A stretch of DNA of 64,000 bases from a virus (lineage: Duplodnaviria; Heunggongvirae; Uroviricota; Caudoviricetes): IMG/VR virus record IMGVR_UViG_3300031417_000415. The stretch is one strand, 5' to 3'. The notes under the pieces are model-generated. The model searched no databases. It was not told where the DNA came from and was given only the letters and a program-made list of their open reading frames with translations. A program made the position numbers and the translations under genes. Below, piece after piece: positions 56,285 through 64,000 of this stretch; the stretch's first letter is position 1; the number at the start of each line of letters is the position of its first letter.

Positions 56285-56425
56285 GGGACGTGTCTTGGGA
56301 CGTCCAATGTCGACCCGCCGACAGCGTGCTGCAGATCTGCCACCGGCTGTCTTGGGACAGTCAATGTCGACTGCCGACAGCGCACGACAGATGCGCGACC
56401 GGCTGTCTTGGGACAGCCATACTTC
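56285..56425 (+). repeat. about 2.5 tandem copies of a 55 bp repeat (CCGGCTGTCTTGGGACAGTCAATGTCGACTGCCGACAGCG...) upstream of clpP
   Basis: direct repeats at about 56289, 56344 and 56399, each with a CTGTC-TTGG-GACAG hairpin. Confidence 0.4.
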
Positions 56426-56464
56426 CCGCGCGAGCGGGCATTACCCACACCTCAGGAGAACACC

Positions 56465-57112
56465 TTGAACCTCGACAACTTCGCATCGCCCTACAGCTTG
56501 GCTCCCCAGGGCATGGGCCTCGTCCCCATGGTCCTCGAGCAGTCCAACCGCGGCGAGCGCTCCTTCGACATCTTCTCGCGTCTCCTGCGCGAGCGCATCA
56601 TCTTCGTGACCGGCGGCGTCGAGGACAACATGGCCTCGCTGATCTGCGCCCAGCTTCTCTTCCTCGAGTCTGAGAACCCGAAGAAGGACATCTACATGTA
56701 CATCAACTCGCCGGGCGGCGTCGTCACGGCGGGCATGGCGATCCATGACACCATGCAGTACATCCGTCCGGACATCTGCACCGTCTGCGTGGGCCAGGCA
56801 GCGTCGATGGGCAGTCTCCTGCTTGCGGCGGGAACACCCGGCAAGCGCATCGCGATGGTCAACTCGCGGATCATGATCCATCAGCCTTCGGGCGGCGCTC
56901 AGGGCATGGCGTCGGACATCGAGATCCAGGCGCGCGAGATCCTGCGCATGCGCACGAGCCTGAACAACATGTACGTGCAGTACACGGGCCAGCCGCTCGA
57001 CGAGATCGAGCGTAAGATGGACCGCGACACGTTCCTGGAAGCCGACGAGGCCAAGGCGTTCGGTCTCGTCGACCAGGTCTTCGACAAGCGGCCGCTGCCG
57101 GACGCGGCCTGA
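56465..57112 (+). CDS. clpP: ATP-dependent Clp protease proteolytic subunit ClpP (probable TTG start)
   Basis: [23 protein letters not shown]...[12 protein letters not shown]...GQAASMGS...MIHQPSGG; highly similar to alphaproteobacterial ClpP; RBS AGGAGA before TTG. Confidence 0.8.
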   Translation: MNLDNFASPYSLAPQGMGLVPMVLEQSNRGERSFDIFSRLLRERIIFVTGGVEDNMASLICAQLLFLESENPKKDIYMYINSPGGVVTAGMAIHDTMQYIRPDICTVCVGQAASMGSLLLAAGTPGKRIAMVNSRIMIHQPSGGAQGMASDIEIQAREILRMRTSLNNMYVQYTGQPLDEIERKMDRDTFLEADEAKAFGLVDQVFDKRPLPDAA

Positions 57113-57195
57113 CCGACCTGCCCGGGCCCTCGCGCCCGGGCATCCGACTGCCGTGCGATGAAGAACGCCGGTCTCAGACGAGAAGGAAGACAATC

Positions 57196-57561
57196 GTGGC
57201 CAATAGCGCAAGCACCCGCTCGAACCGGGGTCCGAGCGTCAGCGACGTGCTGACGAGCATCATGTGCATCTTCGGCGTCACGTTCGTCAGCCTCTCCGGT
57301 ATCGCGATCTACAGGGAGGCGCATCCGTCCAAACGCGTGGCGGCACACCGCTTCGACGAACCCGAAGCCCGTCTGGACCGCACGGACGGACAGTCCGAGA
57401 CCGGCCGCCTGCTCGGAATACGGGCGACCATCGTCGGGAACATGCCCGACGAATGCCGTGGCGAGATCGCGATCTCGCTTCCGAAGGGGCCGCCGGCCGA
57501 CGAAGCGGCCATGCTCGCGACCGTGAGGCGTCTGTGCCCTCAGGCGTTCGAGGACGAATAG
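57196..57561 (+). CDS. hypothetical protein with N-terminal TM helix (GTG start)
   Basis: RBS GAAGGAAGA. Confidence 0.35.
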   Translation: MANSASTRSNRGPSVSDVLTSIMCIFGVTFVSLSGIAIYREAHPSKRVAAHRFDEPEARLDRTDGQSETGRLLGIRATIVGNMPDECRGEIAISLPKGPPADEAAMLATVRRLCPQAFEDE

Positions 57562-57733
57562 ATCACGATTGCTGACGCCTGCCCCGAACAACCGAACTGC
57601 TGAACGGAGGCCGATCGAAAGCTCGACGACCTGCACACCGAGCTGCGCTTCCTGGAGAGCCGCCATCCGGGACAGGACGTGCAACTGTCGTCCATCCCGG
57701 CCATGGCCGCCTGACCGTACCGGAGAACCTGAC

Positions 57734-57964
57734 ATGCCCAAGCATCTCGTGACCATGCTGGTCGGCCGCATCGTCGAGGCCGAGACCGCCGAGGAGGCCA
57801 ACGCGCTTGCAAGCCGACCCTTCCTCCTGGGAGCGGTGCCGGGAGTCGTCGGCATCGCTCTTTCAGGCACCCGCCTCGCCTTGCCGCAGGACGAGGACGG
57901 GTCCATCCAAGAGCGCATCCATGCGCTTCCTCCCCAGGTCAAGGAGACCACCGATGCTGTTTGA
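57734..57964 (+). CDS. small hypothetical protein
   Basis: RBS GGAGAAC. Confidence 0.3.
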   Translation: MPKHLVTMLVGRIVEAETAEEANALASRPFLLGAVPGVVGIALSGTRLALPQDEDGSIQERIHALPPQVKETTDAV

Positions 57965-58841
57965 ATGTGCAGTAGGCGACGCCTACGGTCTCGGCTGGGA
58001 ATTCGCCGACGGCCCGACCGCCCAGCACGGCGCCAACGATCTGAGCGCCTACCGGGTCAATCCACGCTACCCGGAGTATCCGGCGGGACGCTACACCGAC
58101 GACACGCTGCGGGCCCTGGCGAACGCGTCGGTCGTCCTCAGCACCCGCAGCGGCTGGTACGACCCCGCCAGCTATGCGCGCGCCTATCAGCGCATCCACG
58201 CCGTCGACGGACGTCAGGGTTGGTCGCGCGGCTTCCAGGCGTATCTCGAGGAACACCGCAGCTCGTCTGCGTTCCAGTTCATGCTGGGCCTGCGTCGGCG
58301 CGCGACCAACGGGGCCGTCATGGGCGTGGCTCCTCTGGGCTACCTGCCGCACGAGAGCTTCGTGCGCATGGCGGTGACCGCGCAGTGCGTCTCGACGCAT
58401 TCGGGCGCGACCGTGTCGTCGGCGCAGGCGATCGCGCTCGCCGCGCATTACCTCCTCTACGGCAAGGGACCGATCGACCAGCTCGAGGACTATCTCGACC
58501 AGGAGGTCGACTGGGCCAGCAAGGACGAGGCGACCCGCATCCTGTGCCGACACGGATCGGCCGTCCCGGTACCGGCGATGCCCGCCTGGACGATCGCGGC
58601 CGGCGCGGTCTTCCTGCTGACCGACGACCTGTTCACCGGCATGGCCGACCGCCTGCAGTTCGCCATCAAGCGTGGCGGCGACACCGACTCGCTGGGCGCG
58701 GTGACGATGGCGCTCTGCTCGTGCACGCAGTCGATCCCGAACGATCTTCCCCCTTCGCTGACGGACCACCTCGAGGACGAGAACGGCCGCGCCATGCTGC
58801 GCGACGTCGACAGGCAGCTGCGCGAGTTCGCCGGGCTTTAG
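57954..58841 (+). CDS. ADP-ribosylglycohydrolase family protein
   Basis: N-terminal AVGDAYGLGWEF and C-terminal KRGGDTDSLGAVTMAL signatures. Confidence 0.6.
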   Translation: MLFECAVGDAYGLGWEFADGPTAQHGANDLSAYRVNPRYPEYPAGRYTDDTLRALANASVVLSTRSGWYDPASYARAYQRIHAVDGRQGWSRGFQAYLEEHRSSSAFQFMLGLRRRATNGAVMGVAPLGYLPHESFVRMAVTAQCVSTHSGATVSSAQAIALAAHYLLYGKGPIDQLEDYLDQEVDWASKDEATRILCRHGSAVPVPAMPAWTIAAGAVFLLTDDLFTGMADRLQFAIKRGGDTDSLGAVTMALCSCTQSIPNDLPPSLTDHLEDENGRAMLRDVDRQLREFAGL

Positions 58842-58865
58842 AACACCCGACCGGAGGAAAAACGG

Positions 58866-59588
58866 ATGACCACCAAGAAGGAGATGGAGGCCCTGGAGCC
58901 GTATCTCGAGGGGATGCGCGCCGCGACGAGCGCCGAGGAACTCGAGGCGGCCTTCCAGAAGGACCGGACCTACCTGGCGCACGGCTTCCAGAGCCGCGGC
59001 ATGCGCGCCATCGAGAAGGTGCGCATCGAGGAAGGCATCCGTCTCTGCACCGAGCATCCGCACGGACACCTCGTGCCGCGCTACGGACCCCGTCGCCGGC
59101 TCGAGGTCTGCACCGAGACGTATAGTGTCGCGCGTGGCGGCAACACGGCGGGCGTGCGCTATGCCTGGGGCTACGCCAAGGACTGGGCCATCGACGTCAT
59201 GATGGAGGGCGGACTGTCCCGCAAGGCCGCGCATCTGGTCTGGGACAGCTTCCGGTCCTATCCGCACCGAGCCCTGCGGACGGTCGAGGAGGCGATAGCG
59301 GGACGGCTTCCCGATCCGCAGCTGGAAGTGCTCATACGACACGAACGCAACGGCGGCAGGCCGGTACGGTATTCGATCGAGGAGAACGAGCGGAACGGCG
59401 GACACCGGCACGCCACCCGTCCCTGTCCGTGCGGAGGTACGCTGTTCGACTGGGGCGCAGGACACAGTCTGGGCTTCGAGTTCGTCGACTGGCACTGCAA
59501 CGCCTGCCCGGACGTGTTCACCGAATACATGACGAAGGAGCAGCTGTACGCGCTGCGCTGGCGCGCCGCCGATAGGAAGGCAGCATGA
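58866..59588 (+). CDS. hypothetical protein
   Basis: conserved CGGAGGAAAAACGG-ATG motif. Confidence 0.4.
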   Translation: MTTKKEMEALEPYLEGMRAATSAEELEAAFQKDRTYLAHGFQSRGMRAIEKVRIEEGIRLCTEHPHGHLVPRYGPRRRLEVCTETYSVARGGNTAGVRYAWGYAKDWAIDVMMEGGLSRKAAHLVWDSFRSYPHRALRTVEEAIAGRLPDPQLEVLIRHERNGGRPVRYSIEENERNGGHRHATRPCPCGGTLFDWGAGHSLGFEFVDWHCNACPDVFTEYMTKEQLYALRWRAADRKAA

Positions 59589-60046
59589 ACGCCAGCGACA
59601 GCGAAGAGGGTGCCGACCTTCCAGCGACGACGGACCAATACGGACTGCCGTTGCCCGGGACGCTCGCCTCGATGATCGCCGGAACCAACGAGCCTGACGC
59701 ACGCACGATGGCGATCGCACGCGCCACACACAGCCGCCTGGTCACGAAAGCGCTGAGGACGGCGCCGACATGTTCTTCGTGCCGACATCATACGGTATTC
59801 TGTCGTAGCGTGCCGGTATTGCACTGCATGCATCCGGCGATAGCCCGGACGACGCGCGACACGGCGCACGGACATACGACGATATCCAGCGAGCATTGCG
59901 AAAGCGAGCGCAAGGACTGGGGCATCGACAGTCCCGGCAGGGTGACGCTGTGCGGCGTCGAAGGACGACTGCACGAGCCCCTCGCCCTGCCTTGGTTCTT
60001 CGGCGTGACGCGCGCACTGATCCGCAAGACGGTCGCACAGCGGTGA
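59585..60046 (+). CDS. hypothetical protein
   Basis: ATGA overlap. Confidence 0.3.
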   Translation: MNASDSEEGADLPATTDQYGLPLPGTLASMIAGTNEPDARTMAIARATHSRLVTKALRTAPTCSSCRHHTVFCRSVPVLHCMHPAIARTTRDTAHGHTTISSEHCESERKDWGIDSPGRVTLCGVEGRLHEPLALPWFFGVTRALIRKTVAQR

Positions 60047-60081
60047 GCATCGACCCGAACGAACCTCAGAAGGGAAAAGAG

Positions 60082-60432
60082 ATGATCGATCTGCTGGACA
60101 CGGTCTGGGGCAGTCCCACCCACATCGTCGAGTGGAGCCGCGTCGACGGGACCAGCGACGTGCAGCGCTTCACGAGCCAGGACGCGATGACGAGCCGATA
60201 CGACGAGCTGGTCTCATCGGAACCCGAAGCGATCTTCGTCGTGTCGGTGGCATTGGACGGCGGCGTCGCTCGACCGGTCTCCCGCTTCCGCCGGGACACT
60301 GATCCATCGATCGCGCTGCTGTCGACGGAGCGGCAGGGCCGCGCGAAGTACCTGTGCGCCGGCGCGCAGTCCCGTCACGAGCGTCGCTATGGGGACGCAG
60401 CAATCATTGCCAATTCGGGAGCATGCCGATGA
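60082..60432 (+). CDS. hypothetical protein
   Basis: conserved GAAGGGAAAAGAG-ATG motif. Confidence 0.4.
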   Translation: MIDLLDTVWGSPTHIVEWSRVDGTSDVQRFTSQDAMTSRYDELVSSEPEAIFVVSVALDGGVARPVSRFRRDTDPSIALLSTERQGRAKYLCAGAQSRHERRYGDAAIIANSGACR

Positions 60433-61475
60433 ACGCAGGCAAAAAGGCCCGGCAGCTGGCGGACCAGCTGTTCAGGCGCATCTGGTCGCAGCGGTTCGAA
60501 GTCGTAAGGAACGACGAGACCTTCGATCTAGGCGGACTCAAGGACGTGGCCATGTGGACGCTGTCGCTTCCGGACGGGCTGAAGATCGCATGCCACCGGG
60601 TATCGAACGTGCCGACCTCATCCGACGGCGTATACATGGTTCTGCCGGATCGTCTGGTGAAGCTCGAATTCGCCGATATCGAAGAGGTATCGCGCTGCTA
60701 CAATGCGCTCGTCGCATCGCAGATACTCAATGCGGCAGGATACCCCGATGCCCGGAACGGACGCACGGTGGCGATCGACTTCCGCAGCGACCATGAAGAC
60801 ATCCTGCCTCGCAACCATGGTCGGAAGCGGACCGAACCCTATCTGTTCGACCATCTGGACCGGATCGCGGCCGATGCGATCAGGGCTCTGTCCACCAAGC
60901 ATGCGCACACCACGAGCTTCACCCTGCCGAACGGCATACAGATCAGCTACGTCACCCGTGAAGGACAGACCGACAATGGCGACGTCTGGGTGTCGCACGT
61001 CGACGTGAAACGGCGGATACGGGTACCTCACAGGGCAAGGGCTGAATATGCAACCTGGCGCATGAACGAGACGGCACATCTGCTGGCCGGCACCATGCCT
61101 CCGCCTCTGCAACCACCCCCGAACATAAACGGGAATGCACGTCTTACGCGTGCCCTTCAGCTGTGCCATCAGGCTCTGGGCATCGATCCGGATCTGACGG
61201 ATGACGCCGGAACTCCGCTGCGACCGCTTCTCGAGGACCACGTCCCCGAACTGATGGAGCGGCATCGCCAGGCGAGCATAACCGCCGACGCCCGCGACAT
61301 GGAGGCCATCGACGCGGAACTGGACGACGGCATCGCGGGAATCTGCGACGCCATCGACCAGGGACTGTCACGTATCGCGGACGAACGGCGCCACGCGCTT
61401 CGCGAGCAGCTGGCGTTTCTCGAGATGCGCCACCCCAAGCCCGACAGGCTGCTGGGCATCGCGTCCAGCGGCTGA
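60429..61475 (+). CDS. hypothetical protein (about 349 aa)
   Basis: ATGA overlap. Confidence 0.4.
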   Translation: MNAGKKARQLADQLFRRIWSQRFEVVRNDETFDLGGLKDVAMWTLSLPDGLKIACHRVSNVPTSSDGVYMVLPDRLVKLEFADIEEVSRCYNALVASQILNAAGYPDARNGRTVAIDFRSDHEDILPRNHGRKRTEPYLFDHLDRIAADAIRALSTKHAHTTSFTLPNGIQISYVTREGQTDNGDVWVSHVDVKRRIRVPHRARAEYATWRMNETAHLLAGTMPPPLQPPPNINGNARLTRALQLCHQALGIDPDLTDDAGTPLRPLLEDHVPELMERHRQASITADARDMEAIDAELDDGIAGICDAIDQGLSRIADERRHALREQLAFLEMRHPKPDRLLGIASSG

Positions 61476-61502
61476 TACACCCACACAGCAAGGAGACACA
61501 CC

Positions 61503-61817
61503 ATGACCCTGCGACTTCCCGCCCGCTTCTGGATCGAGTCCGAGGCCGGCTGGGGCACCCGCCCCGACGGCTACACCGTGCACCGCGACGAGGACGTCGC
61601 ACAGCAGTACGTCGCCGACTACTGGAAGCGCGAGCGCGAGCGCAATCCGGGCGGCGGGGTACCGGCCGAATACAGCCGCCCCGCCGAGGAATCCGTCATG
61701 GTCGAGGTCTCGCAGGACCTCTACGACGAGGTCATGGAGAAGGGCAGCGCCTGGGCGCATGTCACCAGCCATCTCGAGACCCACGCGAAGTCGTGGCGCC
61801 GGCCCGTCGCCGCCTGA
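61503..61817 (+). CDS. hypothetical protein
   Basis: RBS AAGGAGAC. Confidence 0.4.
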   Translation: MTLRLPARFWIESEAGWGTRPDGYTVHRDEDVAQQYVADYWKRERERNPGGGVPAEYSRPAEESVMVEVSQDLYDEVMEKGSAWAHVTSHLETHAKSWRRPVAA

Positions 61818-61878
61818 TGCCGGCCTCCGCCCGGCATGTCCGGGCGGATCGAACCGACATCCGCAGGAGCATACCGCC

Positions 61879-62106
61879 ATGCAGGACATGACACGCATTC
61901 CCGCCGACTGGCCCCTGGAGCTCGTGGTGATCGGCCGCGACGTGAAGCGGGGCAGGAACCTCAGGTTCCACGGCACGCAGCGAGAGCTCGTGCACCACCT
62001 CAAGCAGCTGAACTCCGTCGGCACCGGGGGATACTGGGACGTCGACCGTTCCCAGATCCCGGAAGGCGTCGACCTTCCCAGGAGCCGGCGCCGCAGGACC
62101 GCCTGA
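61879..62106 (+). CDS. small hypothetical protein
   Basis: RBS GCAGGAG. Confidence 0.3.
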   Translation: MQDMTRIPADWPLELVVIGRDVKRGRNLRFHGTQRELVHHLKQLNSVGTGGYWDVDRSQIPEGVDLPRSRRRRTA

Positions 62107-62153
62107 ACCCGACAGCTGAATGCGGCGGCTGATACGACTACGAAGGAAAAGAC

Positions 62154-62489
62154 ATGGGCAGGAAGACCGCTCCGACAGAGGGCAACATCATCGCGCAGCT
62201 GCTGGCCGCGGCGAAGCGGCATCCCGACCATGCCGCGATCCAGGCGATAGCGCAGACCCTGAAGACCTCCGTCCAGATGGCGCAGCTGAGCGGGCGCGAC
62301 CATTCCGTCATGCTGGAGGGATACCGCCGGGGCCTGGCCGGCGACGAGGGCTATGCCGTGATGCACACGGTCGACGAGGCGGGTCTCAGCGGCATGATGC
62401 GCGAGATCGGCTCGATGCGCGAGGTCGCAGGCGTCGTGATCGCGATGATCGCGGTCATGGAGACCGTCGGCGAGACCTTCGACTACTAG
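62154..62489 (+). CDS. hypothetical protein
   Basis: conserved GAAGGAAAAGAC-ATG motif. Confidence 0.4.
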   Translation: MGRKTAPTEGNIIAQLLAAAKRHPDHAAIQAIAQTLKTSVQMAQLSGRDHSVMLEGYRRGLAGDEGYAVMHTVDEAGLSGMMREIGSMREVAGVVIAMIAVMETVGETFDY

Positions 62490-62509
62490 ACTAACAGGGG
62501 TTACGACCG

Positions 62510-63325
62510 ATGAACGACACGCGGAACGCCGGCCATTCGGGCAGGGTATCGAAATCCACCGACCAGGCCGGACTGATCACGTCCTACGCCGCCATGCGGG
62601 CCGCCGCATCGACACCTGCAGCAGCACCGCGGTCACACGAAACGACGCCCGAGGAGCGGCGTCTCGAGGACCTGAAGCAGATGGCCGCCTACCGTGGCCC
62701 CGTCGTCTCCTTCGAGGTGCGCGAACCCTACTATCTCGCCTCGTGCGACCACTGCGGCTGGGTAGGATCGTCCGAGCTGTGCGGCACGAGCGACGCCGAC
62801 GACGTACACTGTCCACGCTGCCATTCGGCGGGAGCGGACTGCGGCAAGGTCGCCGCCGCGCTCGCCTTTCCGGGGACTCCCGAATCGAACGAACAGGACA
62901 TCGACGCTCTGACGGGCTGCGCCGACGACCAGGGCCTTTTCGCGATGGTCGACATGGACGAGAATCGTGAAGCGATCCGACGGGCGCTCTACGACGGGCT
63001 TCGCTGGGTTGAAACTCTGCCCGAGCCGAATGGCGACGTTCCGGCACTGTATAGCGGCTGGGACGACCTCGGCGATCTTGCGGACCGCATCATCGCCGCC
63101 GACGCGTTCGAAGCGTCGGTCCGGGAAATCGCCGGACGTCGGGAAGAAATTCGTCAGGCGCTCTACGACGGACTCTGCCGGGTAGGGACTCTGCCTGAGC
63201 CGCAGGGCGACGTTCCCATGCGATATCACCGCTGGGACGATCTGGGCGAGCTCGCGGACCGCATCATCGCCATGACCCCGGCCGTACGGACGAAAGCGGC
63301 TGACGCCGGGCAGGAGACGCCCTGA
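62510..63325 (+). CDS. zinc-ribbon-containing protein with internal duplicated about 40 aa module
   Basis: CDHCGW...CPRCH; repeat ALYDGLRWVETLPEPNGDVP...DDLGDLADRIIA x2. Confidence 0.4.
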   Translation: MNDTRNAGHSGRVSKSTDQAGLITSYAAMRAAASTPAAAPRSHETTPEERRLEDLKQMAAYRGPVVSFEVREPYYLASCDHCGWVGSSELCGTSDADDVHCPRCHSAGADCGKVAAALAFPGTPESNEQDIDALTGCADDQGLFAMVDMDENREAIRRALYDGLRWVETLPEPNGDVPALYSGWDDLGDLADRIIAADAFEASVREIAGRREEIRQALYDGLCRVGTLPEPQGDVPMRYHRWDDLGELADRIIAMTPAVRTKAADAGQETP

Positions 63326-63576
63326 TGGGCCGCTGCGGCAACCGGAGCGCAGCGGCGCAGATGGAGCGGGACGGCATCCGCACCCTGCCGCGCTGGTCGA
63401 AGCCGAAGCGCGGCGTCGGCGCCTCGATCCAGCACCGCCTCGATCACGGCGGATGCGGCGAGGCGGCCTGCGTCAAGGAAGCCCGCTACTCCACGCCGGC
63501 GGGCGACCGCTGCTACGATCACGCCATCGCGTTCCGGGACCGGAAGGCGGTCATGTCCACCCAGGAGACCGGATGA
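63325..63576 (+). CDS. small Cys-containing protein
   Basis: ATGA overlap. Confidence 0.3.
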   Translation: MGRCGNRSAAAQMERDGIRTLPRWSKPKRGVGASIQHRLDHGGCGEAACVKEARYSTPAGDRCYDHAIAFRDRKAVMSTQETG

Positions 63577-63908
63577 TGTTCGGAGACAGATGCTACGAGA
63601 TGCCGGGATGCGGCCATTCCACCAACTGGACGTGCCCCTGCACGTGCGACGAGGAGATGGCACGGGACACGGGACCAGCGCCATCGGCGACGGTCGTCGT
63701 GGCCGCCGCGAAGCCCCCTAGCGAGATCGATCTCCTGAAGGCGCGCATAGAGGGCATGGCGCTATACGTCGCGCATGATCCGGGATGCGAGGCAAACGAC
63801 CTCGACTATCTCGACAAGTCGCCCTGCACCTGCGGCCTGCGCCGGTACCACAACCCCAAGGGCCTCGACGACGACCGCATGCGAGCGCTCGCCGCCGATC
63901 AGGCATGA
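63573..63908 (+). CDS. small Cys-rich protein
   Basis: ATGA overlap; CGHSTNWTCPCTC...CTCG. Confidence 0.35.
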   Translation: MMFGDRCYEMPGCGHSTNWTCPCTCDEEMARDTGPAPSATVVVAAAKPPSEIDLLKARIEGMALYVAHDPGCEANDLDYLDKSPCTCGLRRYHNPKGLDDDRMRALAADQA

Positions 63909-64000
63909 CATGGATTCCGGCACTGGACTCCTCCGGCGTCATGGCATATCAGGATGGCATGAGCCGCCTGAGCATAGCCACCGCGATCCACGCCGCCTAG
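63905..64000 (+). CDS. hypothetical protein, 5' fragment (runs off window)
   Basis: ATGA overlap. Confidence 0.25.
   Translation: MTWIPALDSSGVMAYQDGMSRLSIATAIHAA

Noticed and set aside
56285-56425. CRISPR array
   Set aside because: Only 2.5 repeat copies. The 'spacers' are themselves part of the 55 bp repeating unit. No cas genes nearby.
1-64000. rRNA, tmRNA, integrase or att site marking a prophage boundary
   Set aside because: None recognisable in this window. No tyrosine or serine recombinase motifs found in any frame.

Overview
This is a 64 kb, roughly 67% GC window that is almost entirely coding. About 95 genes, most of them short and about 85% on the + strand, are packed tightly, often with ATGA or GTGA stop/start overlaps. 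Nearly all are hypothetical. I read the window as a phage or phage-derived accessory region of a high-GC, probably alphaproteobacterial host, not as core chromosome. The evidence is the strand bias, the gene packing, and a conserved A-rich start-site motif (GAAGGGAAAAGA-N-ATG) in front of about 30 genes. A second recurring upstream motif is TTTCAGGATGA.

Recognisable products:
- An RNA repair pair: a covalent nucleotidyltransferase-type RNA ligase and a HAD-phosphatase/P-loop-kinase polynucleotide kinase (47438-49662).
- A standalone class II aminoacyl-tRNA synthetase-like catalytic core (26439-27191).
- A Pth2 peptidyl-tRNA hydrolase fusion (33745-34503).
- An ADP-ribosylglycohydrolase (57954-58841).
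- A nicotinamide-riboside/uridine-kinase-like P-loop kinase (44035-44607).
- A ClpP that is very close to cellular alphaproteobacterial ClpP, with 55 bp tandem repeats upstream (56285-57112).
- An SPFH/band-7 protein followed by a CDF cation transporter (52499-54486).
- An ATP-grasp-like protein and a HAD-like phosphatase.
- A DnaJ-type CxxCxGxG zinc-finger protein.
- Cell-surface and secreted proteins: a trimeric autotransporter adhesin-like protein with a YadA C-terminal anchor (5685-8345); a minus-strand operon encoding a 1283 aa protein built of about 20 thrombospondin-type-1-like Cys/Trp repeats plus a subtilisin-like S8 peptidase (35683-40503); and a second TSP1-like/CBM-like secreted protein, a PTD-repeat Cys-rich secreted protein and a lipoprotein.

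Two TnpB-family insertions are present, and both sit directly on the A-rich RBS motif of a downstream gene. One is an IS200/IS605-family TnpB-only IS with matched subterminal hairpins (about 13000-14390, tnpB on the minus strand). The other is an unusual 1.66 kb element (18194-19852) encoding a TnpB-like RuvC nuclease with no zinc finger, bounded by 15 bp terminal inverted repeats and a 10 bp direct duplication (GAAAACCAGG).

I also list several hairpin terminators, a duplicated gene-plus-terminator cassette (10405-10874 and 29715-30143), iteron-like repeats and structured non-coding gaps. I found no rRNA, tRNA or CRISPR array.
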